The translations under genes and the position numbers were made by a program. From NCBI GenBank assembly GCA_965644495.1, contig CBFFSA010000001.1:1736001-1800000 (forward strand): a stretch of DNA of 64,000 nt. The letters run 5' to 3'. Source of the DNA: Perkinsela sp. CCAP 1560/9. Lineage: Eukaryota > Protista > Euglenozoa: Kinetoplastea. Under the pieces are notes generated by a model, which was not told the origin of the DNA, did not search any database, and saw only the letters and a list, made by a program, of their open reading frames with translations. Of this stretch, positions 12,077-23,952 are shown piece by piece; position 1 is the stretch's first letter, and each line of letters begins with the position of its first letter.

Positions 12077-13891
12077 GTGACCCCCCCCTTTAATATCCAC
12101 CCCCTCTTACCCCCCTTTAATATGCACAAAATGGAGGCTGAAGAAAATATGTCTGGTGGGACCCTCCCCTTTAATATGCACAAAATTGAAGCTGAAGAAA
12201 GTTCGTGTGGTGGGACCGATTTGATTTTTCCTTTTTTTATTCTGTTTGGAAAGTCACTTAGGCTACCAACTTCCAACATTAAGTTACTCAATACTGTAGA
12301 CTTTTTAGCTTTCTCTATCTGCTCTATCTATTTCTCTTCGTCAACACATGCCGCACACGGACGGTGTACCGACAACCGTGCATATGATAAAAGGTCCGCT
12401 GTCGAGTTGGGCTCGGTCAGCGCCACCCTCCCCCAGGTAGGGGAACGGGCACCTGTTCTACAAACGAATGCACCTCCAACGATAATCGAAAAAAAGCGGC
12501 AGCGAGTTGAACTCACAATTTACGACAAACGCGAGATTTGTCGATCCCAGGATTCGGTGAAGGCTATTCGAGAAAAGCACGGGATATCTCGGAGAACAGT
12601 GTACGACATCCGTGCGACTGGGATATTGAATTATCAAAAATTAGTAAATCGAGATATGGGGAACCAGCATCGTAACAGAGGGTTTAACACCAAAGGAGGT
12701 GATTACAACGACCCGGAGTCTGTCACGTACAATAAGGCGGAGGCAATATGTGAAGTCCATCGTGCTTGTGAAAAGGCATCTTCCTTGTGGTGTCCCTTGA
12801 CCAAATCCATTGTAATCGATCTAATACGCCAAAACACGCAGTTGACTTCGGTTTCAGCATTGGAAGACACATATGCACGCTTTCGGAAGCATTATGGGTG
12901 GGTTTGGAGAAGATGGGGAAGGATACAGTGCCTGGCTCCGGCAGACGTGGAACATAGGATATCACAGTGGGCGCAAAAATTTTACCTTCAGAATGCTGTT
13001 CGGAAATATCATTTTGCTTTTTTCGGGGACGAAACGGCGATGTTCGTAAACGGTCAGGTACAAGGATATACGCTAGCGCAGATCGGATACCCGCAACCGA
13101 AGGTGGTCGACACAAATCCTAAGGAAACCGTTACCGTCTTCCTGGCTGGAATATATGACTTTTCTCTAGATAAGGTTTACCCTCTTTACCCAACTGTTAT
13201 ATTCAACCACAGCGCCAAGAATCGTGAGAGTTCTGGCATTTATGCTGAAATGACGCGCCAGGCTTCCGCTCTTACTGGAATATACGCGGATGTTAGTCAA
13301 TCTGGTTGGGTAAAGGGAGATATTTATCCGCGAATGCTTCATAAGTATCTCCCCTATACGCTCGAAAACCCATCTACCGTCATTATTACGGATGATTATA
13401 CCGGGCACCGAACAGATAATATTCCTCCACATTGCGATCCACATACGATACCAGGAGGTTGCACAAAGGCGATACAAGTGCATACCCGAGTTTTTAACCG
13501 ATTATTCAAGCGTGAATACAATGAGATTCTGAGTGCGTGTCGACTCGACAACACTTCTCAGAAAGTATCTCGCGCTCTGGTACTACAGTGGATAAAAGAT
13601 GCGCACTCACGCGTGTGGTTGAAAAATGAGAATTCCATATTATCTGTCGTCCATATATATATCCAGCGACCTGCAAAGGAGTACCCTTGGGTAGAAAAAG
13701 CCAAACCTGGGTCCAAAACATCTGACACGGAAACCAAAAACCAGGACGAAAACATCTTTCCAGGTCCTGGTGGTCTCGTGGTCCAGGAATTCCTCTACCC
13801 CCTGAACGAACAACAAATTCCGAAGAAACCCTTGGAGAAGTGTCCGTGGAGAACGTGTCGGAAGATGATTCTGATTCTGATTGTTCTATAA
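12077..13891 (+). CDS. pogo-like transposase; true start uncertain, third catalytic Asp replaced
   Basis: HTH (GISRRTVYDI), GDET, ITDDYTGH, PGGCTKAIQVHT (QVHD in the paralogous fragment at 14626-14814). Confidence 0.75.
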   Translation: MTPPFNIHPLLPPFNMHKMEAEENMSGGTLPFNMHKIEAEESSCGGTDLIFPFFILFGKSLRLPTSNIKLLNTVDFLAFSICSIYFSSSTHAAHGRCTDNRAYDKRSAVELGSVSATLPQVGERAPVLQTNAPPTIIEKKRQRVELTIYDKREICRSQDSVKAIREKHGISRRTVYDIRATGILNYQKLVNRDMGNQHRNRGFNTKGGDYNDPESVTYNKAEAICEVHRACEKASSLWCPLTKSIVIDLIRQNTQLTSVSALEDTYARFRKHYGWVWRRWGRIQCLAPADVEHRISQWAQKFYLQNAVRKYHFAFFGDETAMFVNGQVQGYTLAQIGYPQPKVVDTNPKETVTVFLAGIYDFSLDKVYPLYPTVIFNHSAKNRESSGIYAEMTRQASALTGIYADVSQSGWVKGDIYPRMLHKYLPYTLENPSTVIITDDYTGHRTDNIPPHCDPHTIPGGCTKAIQVHTRVFNRLFKREYNEILSACRLDNTSQKVSRALVLQWIKDAHSRVWLKNENSILSVVHIYIQRPAKEYPWVEKAKPGSKTSDTETKNQDENIFPGPGGLVVQEFLYPLNEQQIPKKPLEKCPWRTCRKMILILIVL

Positions 13892-14403
13892 TTGTGAATT
13901 TAGTGAATGATTTGAACTTTGAAGATGAGTCCGTTAACAGTTGAAAACTTTATGGGGTCAGGGACATTGTCAAGCAAATGTTGGGGCTTAGCGAACCTCA
14001 CCTCCCGAGCTTTATTTCCGTCCACAGCAACGGTTCATATTGTAATATTATTTTTTACCACGGAACTGGGTTTTTCTGTGGTTTTTACTCGGTGTCGTGT
14101 AAGTCCTCGGAGTGATTCTCCAGGCATATTCTACTATGGGCGTTCAACAAACTCGAAATAATATTATAGTATCCTATGAATCAGTTACATTAGTAACTAG
14201 TATTTAGGTATACACATTCTTTTATATTTTTTACTTTAAGCACTTTCTTGTTTATTAGTGTTACACAAGCTTCATGAAAAATATCTTTGCTCGAGAACAG
14301 TTCCTTCACTCTCTTCCCCTCCGTCATCGACCCTTGCTTCGCTACCGATGTCATTGGCACCATGTACGCACTTTCCACCATCCCCTTGTTTCACCCTTTT
14401 CTT

Positions 14404-14515
14404 CCCCCCTTTATTATGTACCCCCCCTTATTATGCACCCCCCCCTTTATTATGCACCCCCCTTTATTATGCACCCCCCCTTTATTATGCAACCCCCCCC
14501 CTTTATTATGCACAA
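14404..14515 (+). repeat. Subterminal minisatellite CCCCTTTATTATGCA, ~6 copies
   Basis: Tandem units resemble the TIR core CCCCTTTAATATGCAC. Confidence 0.85.
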
Positions 14516-14625
14516 ACTCCAAAAACATGTGCATATTAAAGGGGGGGTCACAGTACTACGTACACGTTATCGTGAAATGTTTTCGTATGTCTGAGCATTA
14601 GAGCGACACGTACAAAAAGATTTTT

Positions 14626-14814
14626 TTAGCATCTTTTAAAGTGAAGATGAATGAACAGATCATGTACTTGAATCAAATGAGTGCACCCCACTGAAACGCG
14701 GTGTATATCGCTATTCGTCGGTAGATCGCTGATTCGATGAGCCGTAAAATCATCGACTACGATAGCGGTAGGTAAACAGGAGTCATTTAAACTTCCCATG
14801 CACACTTGGTCCAA
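14626..14814 (-). pseudogene. pogo-like transposase fragment
   Basis: VVDDFTAH...GCTHLIQVHD. Confidence 0.7.
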
Positions 14815-15084
14815 TGCAGATCGTTTTTACGAAATCCGCGTGTATTCGTTTGCCTCACAAATTTCCATTTTACCATATTCTTCCCCGTATTTTCTTTCGC
14901 CCAAACTGAATCATAGTTGCAGCTCAAGATACTAAAAGGTTACGAATCAAAAGGTCATTTTTCTCTCAACTTAGTAGGTAATTAGGTAATGGAACAGTGA
15001 TAATTACCACCCATTTCCCTGCGTGTGGTAATTACCACATCCAGATTACCAGATTATCACATCCAGGGTATGTGGATACTAAGT

Positions 15085-15280
15085 ATGCTACCCCCCCTTA
15101 CCCCCATTTATTGTGCACAAAATAGAGGCTGAAGAATGTTTGTGTAGTGGGACCGATTCGGTAAATTTGATTTTACCTTTTTTGTATTCTGTTTGGAAAG
15201 TCACTTAGGCTACCAACTTCTAGCATTAACTTAATACTGTAAAATTTTTCGCAGACGTTTTAGCTATCTCTATCTGCTTT
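15085..15280 (+). repeat. Degenerate copy of the pogo 5' region (12105-12325)
   Basis: Shared GAGGCTGAAGAA..GGGACCGATT..GGAAAGTCACTTAGGCTACCAACTT. Confidence 0.75.
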
Positions 15281-16519
15281 TCTGGTCAGATTGAACCACG
15301 TTTGCACACTGTTCAAAAATTCTCCTAAAAGTAACTAAATATCAATAAAGTCGCGACAAAAACAAAGCTACGCACACAAGACTATCTCCGCACAGAACAA
15401 TGCCACATCCGCACCAGCGGGCTTTGCTCTTGAACCCGCAATGAGCCATTACACTTCTCAGTTATGGCTCGGAGATCATTTCCGTACATCCGCAACAAAA
15501 CCCACCATCGTGGTCATTTACCATGATTTAATCAGTACCTGAGAATGTAAAAGGGTCAAAAATACTAGCAAAGACTTCAAACTACGTACTGTAGTTAGAA
15601 GTACGTACTGTATTTAGAAAGACACAAAAACCAAAAACAATGAAAAAAAAACAGTATTTCTTTTTCTTGAAAAAGTGTGCAAACTTGGTTCAATTCCACC
15701 GCTTCTCTTCATCCGCGTAATGTCGCACACGAACGATGTACCAACAAACGTTCATAGAATAAAACGTCTGCTGTCGAGTTGGGCTCGGTCAGCGCCACCT
15801 TCCCTCCAGGTAGAGGAACGGGCCAAAATCCTCAGAGTATTTCTTCAGGTATATTCAGGTACAACTTTGTTGTCTTGTTATGTTGGCACTGGGTAGTCTC
15901 ATCTTCAAAAATGACGGAAAATCCTGCTCACCCTAGTTCTTTAGCGTCTTGTTATGTTGACGACGGCTGAGCGAGCTCGGGAGGCTGGGGTCGCTAAGCC
16001 CCATCATCCGACATAAGCCGGATGCCCTGACGAGCGGTTCTCGGGGCAGCTCTTGCGGGAGCGGGAGCGGATGGAACGATGCGATTGGGCACTCTTGATC
16101 CATTGGTTCCCAGTCGCGTGGCATTCCTTGTGATGACGGTAATGTTTCTGTGCGATTCTGTGTAGACTCGTAACTCGATTTCGCCTTTGATGGATAACTC
16201 CTATCTCCTTTCGCATGCTTCTGAGAGAGCTCTTTCTCAAACGTACGAATTCGGGGAGATGATTCGCCGATTACGAATTTTAGTTTGGGGCGATGTTCCG
16301 TTTTCTTGGTAGGGAAAACTCCTGATGAAGCTTTTTCGCGGGGTGAACGCAGGAGCAGGTGAAGTCGTTGAGGGATGCGGGGGAGCTATCGACGGCGAAC
16401 GAGGTGGCGGTGGCGTTCGTGGTGAGGTTGGCGGTGGCGCTGGAATTCGCAGAGCGGAGCGTGGCGGGGTGGTATTATTAACTCATCCGAAGACCTTTTT
16501 TCTCACGCCTCATTATAAT

Positions 16520-16777
16520 CCCCTGACAGCAAAAGCGGATGTCGACAAACTTAAGAAGTATGGGGGGTTGGCAAGTCAGAGAGCGAAGGCGCCCTTCCCG
16601 TTAGCATTTGCGGTTTTCGGAGTTCGCGGAAATGCGACACTCTCCTTTCTGAGGAAATTGGGGAGACGAACCCCAAGCCCAAGAGGCTTCACAGAGCACG
16701 CGCTGACGGCCATCGGGATGGCGATCCAGCGTGGCAACGATCAAATATTGATAGTGGCCACAACTACGGTCCATTAG
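16520..16777 (+). pseudogene. C-terminal REL fragment of a CRE-like retrotransposon
   Basis: KLKKY..FPLAF..FG..G..TLSFL...IGMAIQRGN. Confidence 0.6.
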
Positions 16778-16799
16778 GACCTTATTGATGAAGGGGGGT

Positions 16800-19753
16800 T
16801 GAAAACAAGGCATACGATACATGCCGAAGGCTGCAATATCCAACTGTAGACACCCCGGAAATCGCAGTGAAAAACGCAGAACTCCTGGGTGCCTCTCTGG
16901 CAGTGGCGGCATACGAAATTGCACAAGAGATTAACCCCACTAAAGGTTTCCTCACGCGATCGAAACGCAGACACGCCTGATTCAAGCACCGGCCACTTTC
17001 GTCTGAAAATGCAGCCCACGAAATGACGAAACACATACGCAACCAAAAGAAATCACTACGCTACACACACGGAACGGAACGCCAAGAGCTCCGTCGCTGC
17101 ATTAAGGAAAGTGAGAAGCTAGAGAAAACATACACAGAAGAGGCCAAAGCACATAGGAAACAGCTAGAAAGACAATGGGCCCATAGCAGATTCACGCGGA
17201 ACCCGTGGACAGCAGCATCCGAGGCCTTGGACCGCCCCTCGACCTCCGCCACCGCCGAATATCCTGAATGTGATTTACCTACGATAGAAAAATATTTCAC
17301 AGAAAGCACAGCACCTCCCGCCGAAGAGCATCGCCTGCCGCCGAACAACGTACTTGGTCCTCTACCCATCAACGAAATGGAATGGTCTCCACTGACCGCG
17401 CAAGATGTCGAAGACGCGCTCAGCAGCAAAAGAAGCGCAAGCGCGCCAGAGCGTGATACGATTACAAACGCACTTCTAAAACAATGCAAATACCTGTACC
17501 CCCGTATAGCGAACACGTTTAATGATCTTCTGCGCTACGGCGTCTGCCCGCCATGCTGGTCCTCCGCCGTAGTTAAACTCATTCACAAAGGAGGCGAAAA
17601 ACACATCCCGAAAAACTGGAGACCTATCTCCCTGACTAGCGCTCTAGGCAAACTTTTCAATAGCATGATCGGACACCAAATTTTGACGCATACCGTGTCC
17701 TCCGGCCTCCTAGATACAAGCGTTCAAAAAGGCTTTCTTCCGAAGATGAGTGGTACACTGGAACACACGCAAGCTCTCTCCGAAATACTACAATACTACC
17801 GCCGAAACAAAAGGCAATATTGTCTCACGCAGTTTGATCTCAGCAATGCATTCGGCTCGGTCCCCCATAACATCATCTTCGAGGCACTGCGATGGGCAAA
17901 CGTCTCGCCACAAATCGTGTCCTACGTTGAAAGCATGTATTCACATGCGGAAATGCGTATTAAGTGTGTCGAAGGTTTGTCACGTGCTATACCGATACAC
18001 AGAGGCGTGCTACAAGGTGATACCCTGTCACCCATAATTTTCAACTTAGTGATGGAAACTGTACTACGATACCTCAAGCAATCGTGCCCCCGGTATGGCC
18101 TTGACTACCCAGATACTCCAAGGCATTTCCTGAAAGCCTACGTTGACGACCTGACGATACTGACTAGCAGCGAAACCGACACGCAGCACGCGACCAACAC
18201 ACTCGAAACTGCACTGAGACGAATAGGACTCTCAATCAACGTAGACAAGAGCCGTACACAGTGCATGTCCATGCGTGAAGGCAGTGAGCACCCGGGTTAC
18301 ATGACCAGGAAGCCGAGACTCAGTATCGAAGGCAAAGCGATACCACATATATGTGACCGTGGAAGCACTTTTCTTGGAATGACCATAGCACCAGGAGCAC
18401 AGCAAGCGAAAGAACTTTTCAAAAAGCTGGATGTCAGACTAAGAACATGGCTTCGGAATGTCGACGAGAGTGCACACAGTCTCCCCGAAAAACTTTGGAT
18501 CTACAACAGAGCGATCGTATCCCGTCTGCGCTACGCCCTCACCGTTCACCCGTGTGTCACTTTCAACTTTGTATTGCGATTGCAGAAAAGAATTACACGT
18601 CACCTTAAGAAATGGATCAATGCAGCATCCACGACTTGCACCGAAATTCTTTATACTGAACGAGGGTGGAACCTTAAAAGTTTATCCAAGCTGTGGTCCG
18701 AATGCTCTATCCTAGCCTTAACACAGATGCACAAGTCGCGGGACCCATCGATACAGGCGGCGCTACGAGCCCGAATCAAGCAAGAAGAAGAAAAACGATC
18801 CTCTGGTTATATTCGTCCAAGCGCTGACGCCATTCAACACCTTCATGACGCGCGGAAGGCGCAACAGATAGCCCGTGATAACCATGAATTTTACGTCATA
18901 AATCAGCTTCAGAGACGGGCACCGACAGCAGCAAAATGGTGGAGCCTCCCCTCCGAGGCTGATCTCGCGAAAGAGTTCTCAGCGGCCCTGAACAACCTCA
19001 ACAGTGAAAAACTTTCTCGCTTCGCAGCTTCAGTACTAACGCTTTCACCCCTACCATCCAGAACCAATCTTTGGCTTTGGGGTCTCCGGCGTGCGAGTGT
19101 AACATGTCCCATATGTAAACTCGAATCTCAAACAACAAGGCACGTGCTCTCGGGGTGCAAAGAGTCCCTTCAGCAAGGGAGATACACCCTCCGTCATGAC
19201 ATGTTACTTGAAGAGCTCGGAAAACACTTGCTGCGTTCGCCGTATACCAAGAGCGTACACCTAGATATCCCCGGATTTAGGAATGCCCCGGCATGGCTCG
19301 GCACCCGTGAGGACCTTCTTCGCCCCGACGGTTTGATTACACTTAAGGATGGAAGTGAGTTCATCATTGAGCTCACTGTGCCCTGGGAAGAGAACCAGTC
19401 TCAGGCGCGCGAGGGCAAATCCCGTAAATATAATGCTCTCTTCCATGAACGACGCATTAATCACCCTAGGACGACCCTTGTTGTATTCGAAGTGGGAGCC
19501 CGCGGCTCGTTACTCACATCTTGTCGAAACCTCAACCTCCTCTTTGACGAGGACACAAAGCATGCGGAAAAATGTCGAGAAAGTCTAATGCAGACCGCCC
19601 TTCGAGGCAGTTTCATTATCTGGCAGAACCGCGAGTCTGCCGTTTGGACAGAAGGACGGGTATAACGTCTGTAAAAGATAGGTCTGGGCAGCGTCATATG
19701 CGCCCCCCACGCCTATCCGCATATTCTCTGCCTTATAAAGGTATGATAAATTA
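16800..19753 (+). mobile_element. Non-LTR retrotransposon (R2-group RT+REL), 5'-truncated
   Basis: Intact 880-aa ORF; upstream remnant AELLGASLAVAAYE..NPTKGFL matches the element at 37766; 3' end abuts an LRR fragment. Confidence 0.88.
17023..19665 (+). CDS. Reverse transcriptase + CCHC finger + restriction-like endonuclease
   Basis: NWRPISL, QKGF, DLSNAFGSV, GVLQGDTLSP, YVDD; CPIC..H...C, RHD, RPD, ELTVPWEEN, K..KY, EVGARG. Confidence 0.93.
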   Translation: MTKHIRNQKKSLRYTHGTERQELRRCIKESEKLEKTYTEEAKAHRKQLERQWAHSRFTRNPWTAASEALDRPSTSATAEYPECDLPTIEKYFTESTAPPAEEHRLPPNNVLGPLPINEMEWSPLTAQDVEDALSSKRSASAPERDTITNALLKQCKYLYPRIANTFNDLLRYGVCPPCWSSAVVKLIHKGGEKHIPKNWRPISLTSALGKLFNSMIGHQILTHTVSSGLLDTSVQKGFLPKMSGTLEHTQALSEILQYYRRNKRQYCLTQFDLSNAFGSVPHNIIFEALRWANVSPQIVSYVESMYSHAEMRIKCVEGLSRAIPIHRGVLQGDTLSPIIFNLVMETVLRYLKQSCPRYGLDYPDTPRHFLKAYVDDLTILTSSETDTQHATNTLETALRRIGLSINVDKSRTQCMSMREGSEHPGYMTRKPRLSIEGKAIPHICDRGSTFLGMTIAPGAQQAKELFKKLDVRLRTWLRNVDESAHSLPEKLWIYNRAIVSRLRYALTVHPCVTFNFVLRLQKRITRHLKKWINAASTTCTEILYTERGWNLKSLSKLWSECSILALTQMHKSRDPSIQAALRARIKQEEEKRSSGYIRPSADAIQHLHDARKAQQIARDNHEFYVINQLQRRAPTAAKWWSLPSEADLAKEFSAALNNLNSEKLSRFAASVLTLSPLPSRTNLWLWGLRRASVTCPICKLESQTTRHVLSGCKESLQQGRYTLRHDMLLEELGKHLLRSPYTKSVHLDIPGFRNAPAWLGTREDLLRPDGLITLKDGSEFIIELTVPWEENQSQAREGKSRKYNALFHERRINHPRTTLVVFEVGARGSLLTSCRNLNLLFDEDTKHAEKCRESLMQTALRGSFIIWQNRESAVWTEGRV

Positions 19754-20147
19754 TATCTAGGATACAATATGTTTACGGGACAAGTGTGTGTTTCAAGCAT
19801 CGATTTCAAGCATTAGAAACTTATACCTCCAAGAGAACGCTTTTTCCGGTTGTTTTGATTTAACGTCACTTCCGACCAGCATAAGGAACGTGAGTTTAGA
19901 TCATAATCACTTTTCTGGTAAATTGCACCTCGACCACCTTCCGCCGAACATAATAACTCTTCAGCTGTCAAGTAACCTGTTTTCTGGGGATGTTTGCTTG
20001 ACGAGACTTCCAATGTCCATCGATTTGCTGGATTTATCGAATTGTCCCGATTTGAGCGGCGCTGTATCAAGATCGGCACTACCAGTACAATTGCAAAACT
20101 GGAGCGATAAGTATACTTTAAACACGCAAATTTATGTGAGTAATTAA
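19754..20147 (+). pseudogene. 3' half of an LRR gene, near-identical to 6466-6858
   Basis: Nucleotide identity continues into the 3' flank; 5' half is missing at the retroelement junction. Confidence 0.9.
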
Positions 20148-20499
20148 AACAGATTTAATCCATTTACAAATAACGAAGAGATTTTTATGGAAAACAAACT
20201 TATGATATATTTTTGTTAATATTTGTTAATATGTTATAATAATACATGTATATTCGAATAACTTATTCGAAATGCACAATGTTTGTTGAAGTGCGGTCTT
20301 TGAGAATGTGTAGTACGTAGTATCTGCATAGTGCATGTTCCATATATGAACAGGATCACTGTCTCGAAAATAGTGCGGTCAACATTTCTAAAAATACATT
20401 GAATTCATCCGAAAACCTCCTCTCACGCCTCATTAATCAGCACACATTATATCCATCGTTATATCCATTTTTCTCTTTGTATCTTCTTCACACCGTACC

Positions 20500-21357
20500 A
20501 TGTCTCCGATATTTCTTCGTTTCGACGATCTGGAGCCCCCCGTGAAGCGACGCAAAGTGGTTGCAGACGACGAACGACCCGAGGTTACGCTCGCAAGCCA
20601 GAGTGTGCGAACAGCAAAGGTTACTCTCGCGAATCTCCCGCAAGAATACCAACTCGCGAAACTCATTGCGGATTTAGAAAACATTGACGACTCATGGTGT
20701 ACGGAGACCCCCGCGTGTGAGTGGTCCGACGTGGACTGTGACGAGGATGAGAAGATTTCAAATATTTCGTGGAGTGAGTACGACTTGGTCGGGAAAATAC
20801 ACCTCGAGTACCTCCCACTCTCCCTTGAGGGTTTTGCGGCACGTGCGAACGAGCTGTCCGGGACCGTACCGATGGATCAGCTTCCCCCGGATCTCGATAC
20901 CCTCATTCTGATGTATAACATTCTTGACGGCGAGTTGGACATGACCTCACTGCCGAAACATTTGGTAGGCTTGTATCTGAGCCAGAACCAGTTTACGGGA
21001 AACGTTTGTCTCACGAGGCTCCCTGTGGGTATGAAATATATTTTTCTCAACCATAACCATCTCACGGGAGCGCTGGATTTGAGTTTACTCCCACCAAAAA
21101 TGCGGACGTTGAGTTTAGCGAATAATTCGTTTTCCGGTGCGCTCGATCTTTCACAGCTTCCGTTGACGATAGGAGGTATTTGCTTGCAGGAGAATACATT
21201 CTCGGGGCATGTGGAATTGACGCGTCTGCCCTGCGGACTGAAAACTCTTATTTTGAGCAACAATACAGGTCTTCACGGAGAGGTCAAGAAATCGCAATTA
21301 CCAGATTCTGTTCGACATGGTTTGTTTACTTCTGAGACGGGAATAAATGTAACTTGA
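20500..21357 (+). CDS. LRR protein with NLS-like PPVKRRKV
   Basis: Cap plus ~7 LRRs. Confidence 0.92.
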   Translation: MSPIFLRFDDLEPPVKRRKVVADDERPEVTLASQSVRTAKVTLANLPQEYQLAKLIADLENIDDSWCTETPACEWSDVDCDEDEKISNISWSEYDLVGKIHLEYLPLSLEGFAARANELSGTVPMDQLPPDLDTLILMYNILDGELDMTSLPKHLVGLYLSQNQFTGNVCLTRLPVGMKYIFLNHNHLTGALDLSLLPPKMRTLSLANNSFSGALDLSQLPLTIGGICLQENTFSGHVELTRLPCGLKTLILSNNTGLHGEVKKSQLPDSVRHGLFTSETGINVT

Positions 21358-21807
21358 GAAGTTAGGTTACGCGACTAATAATGGGTTATGTGTAATGTGA
21401 CGAATTGGGCTGTGCCTCCCGTTTTCGCGCACTTTCCGAAAAGTAATGAAGGAAAGTCGGAGATTAAACTTAGTTTGATAAACTGTACCAAAGAGTGGAG
21501 ATACAAAGGTACTGAAAAATAATTCAAAAATTTGTAGTGCAACACGAGTAGTCCGTAGGCAACACGTTTTGTTCAAGACTCAAAAAGAAGTGATTATCAT
21601 ATTGAAGTGAACAACATATTCAGAATATGTGTTTTCATTCATTCACACGGTATTATTACCGAAACAGACGTTCGGTATTCTGGATATTGATCAGCAAGGA
21701 CACACTTATTTTTTCATCTACTCAAATATAACATACGGATTCATTAGTTGCTGTTCGTTTCAATCACTGTAGTGAAATTTATATTACGTACTAGTATACT
21801 AATCCAC

Positions 21808-22563
21808 ATGTCAGATCCGTTACTTCCACACTCCCGTGTCGGCAAAGCGCGGGCGAATCTGCCAGATGAATACTATTTGGCCCAATTCTTACAAGACATA
21901 CAGAACGATCATCCCTCTTGGAATACGGATACTCCCGCTTGCGAATGGGATAAGGTTGAGTGTAATGAAAAAGGAGAAATTTATGCAATTGGATGGTCTG
22001 ACCAGTTTCTCACCGGGACTCCTCTTTGGACACATTTATCAAGTATAATGTGTACTCATTTAAATCTTAATCTCAATAGGCTAACGGGAGGAATCGATCT
22101 ACATTTGTTACCGATTAATATTCTGAATTTTGAAGGCAGCTTTAACAACTTTGATGGCACTCTAAATTTGGAGGAAATGCCGCCGTCCTTAGGTTATCTC
22201 ATTCTTGGTCACTGCAAGTTCCATGGGCCCATCTCGCTACGCATGCTGCCCCCCGATGTTCAGGTCGTAACCTTAAGTCATAATATGCTCTCGGGAAGTC
22301 TGTATTTAGGGGCACTACAGGGCATGTATTATTTGGATTTGTCCCACAATCATTTCTCGGGCCCTGTAGATTTGCATCTCTCCCGCCTTATCTCGTTAAG
22401 GTTGGACCACAATCAGAATTTAAGTGGTGAATACGATCCGATATGGTTTCATTCCACACCCGAAGTAGAGGGAACTCAAATTAAGATACTGCCCAAGCGC
22501 GGGTCGTACCGGTGCTTTTTGCCTTTACGATACGTCTTCGATTCCAACGTATGGCATTTTTAA
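21808..22563 (+). CDS. LRR protein, subfamily with C-terminal ILPKRGSY.CFLP
   Basis: ORF 21748..22563, first ATG 21808. Confidence 0.9.
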   Translation: MSDPLLPHSRVGKARANLPDEYYLAQFLQDIQNDHPSWNTDTPACEWDKVECNEKGEIYAIGWSDQFLTGTPLWTHLSSIMCTHLNLNLNRLTGGIDLHLLPINILNFEGSFNNFDGTLNLEEMPPSLGYLILGHCKFHGPISLRMLPPDVQVVTLSHNMLSGSLYLGALQGMYYLDLSHNHFSGPVDLHLSRLISLRLDHNQNLSGEYDPIWFHSTPEVEGTQIKILPKRGSYRCFLPLRYVFDSNVWHF

Positions 22564-23193
22564 ATACATGTTAGTGTTAGTTTTAAATAAATATTGTGGC
22601 GGAGTGGCAAGAACTTAAAGCTTGGAGCACGTGGTTCTCAGAGGGGTGACTCTGGGTGGGAGCGCCTGGAAGCGCCAAGGACCTTTGTCTTGATTTTTTT
22701 TTTGCTTCAGTTAGAGGATATTATTAGAAGTAACATTTTCACATAGTAGCAGAATTATAAATAATTTTTTTCTTTAATAATAATCATTATTAAATAATTA
22801 TTATAGTAGTATAATCAGTAGTATAATAGATTATTACAACTGCTAATCCAACTTTCTATACGCATCACGATTCGTATTTTCAGTCATATTATTTTCTATC
22901 TTTTCACATATCAAGAAGCGTTGATGGCGATCAATTAATAGAGTGGTAGTTTGTGCGTAACCCTGGAAATTCTATTTATTGGTTGTGTACGAAGTGTCCA
23001 TGATCCAATGAAAATGAATTTCATTCATTCACACGGTATTATTACCGAAACAGACGTTCGGTATTCTGGATATTGATCAGCAAGGACACACTTATTTTTT
23101 CATCTACTCAAATATAACATACGGATTCATTAGTTGCTGTTCGTTTCAATCACTGTAGTGAAATTTATATTACGTACTAGTATACTAATCCAC

Positions 23194-23952
23194 ATGTCAG
23201 ATCCGTTACTTCCACACTCCCGTGTCGGCAAAGCGCGGGCGAATCTGCCAGATGAATACTATTTGGCCCAATTCTTACAAGACATACAGAACCATCACCC
23301 CTCTTGGAATACGGATACTCCCGCTTGCGAATGGGATACAGTTGGGTGTAATGAAAAAGGTGAAATTAATGCAATTCGATGGTCTGACCAGTTTCTCATC
23401 GGGACTCCTCATTGGACACATTTATCAAGTATAATGTGTAAACATTTGGATCTTTATATCAATAGACTAACGGGGGGAATCGATCTACAACTGCTACCGA
23501 TTAATATTTGGAGTTTTGATGTCAGCTTTAACAATTTTGGTGGCACTATATATTTGGAAGAAATGCTGCCGTCTTTACATCTTCTGAATCTTTCTTCCTG
23601 CAGGTTGCATGGGCCCATCTCGCTATACATGCTGCCCCCCGAGGTTGAGTCTGTAATTTTAAGTCATAATGCGCTCGCGGGAGGTCTCTATTTAGGGGCA
23701 CTGCCGAGCCGCATGTATTATTTGGATTTGTCCCACAATCATTTTTTCGGCCCTGTAGATTTGCATCTCTCCCACTTCATCTCCTTACGTTTGAGCCACA
23801 ATGTAAATTTAAGTGGTGAATACGATCCGATATGGATTCCCCCCACACCCAACGTAGAAGGAACTCAAATCAAGATACTCCCCAAGCGCGGGTCGTACCG
23901 ATGCTTCTTACCTTTACGTTACGTCTTTGATTCCAACGTATGGCAGTTTTAA
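23194..23952 (+). CDS. LRR protein, tandem duplicate of 21808
   Basis: Upstream ~170 bp and N-terminus identical to the 21808 gene (offset 1386 bp). Confidence 0.9.
   Translation: MSDPLLPHSRVGKARANLPDEYYLAQFLQDIQNHHPSWNTDTPACEWDTVGCNEKGEINAIRWSDQFLIGTPHWTHLSSIMCKHLDLYINRLTGGIDLQLLPINIWSFDVSFNNFGGTIYLEEMLPSLHLLNLSSCRLHGPISLYMLPPEVESVILSHNALAGGLYLGALPSRMYYLDLSHNHFFGPVDLHLSHFISLRLSHNVNLSGEYDPIWIPPTPNVEGTQIKILPKRGSYRCFLPLRYVFDSNVWQF

Larger units (their letters stand above)
12075..14553 (+). mobile_element. pogo-like (DDE_1) DNA transposon
   Basis: TIR CTGTGACCCCCCCTTTAATAT at both ends, TA TSD. Confidence 0.88.

Noticed and set aside
14258-14601. Pro/Tyr-rich ORFs
   Set aside because: They are translations of the pogo subterminal minisatellite
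17023-20147. Diversity-generating retroelement (RT next to variable LRRs and template-like fragments)
   Set aside because: The RT is a non-LTR type with a REL endonuclease, and fragment-versus-gene differences are not adenine-specific
20877-21263. Recurrent antisense ORFs over LRR genes
   Set aside because: Shadow frames of repetitive coding sequence
22640-22680. 5S rRNA or tRNA fragment
   Set aside because: Only a short vague similarity, with no full fold or internal promoter boxes
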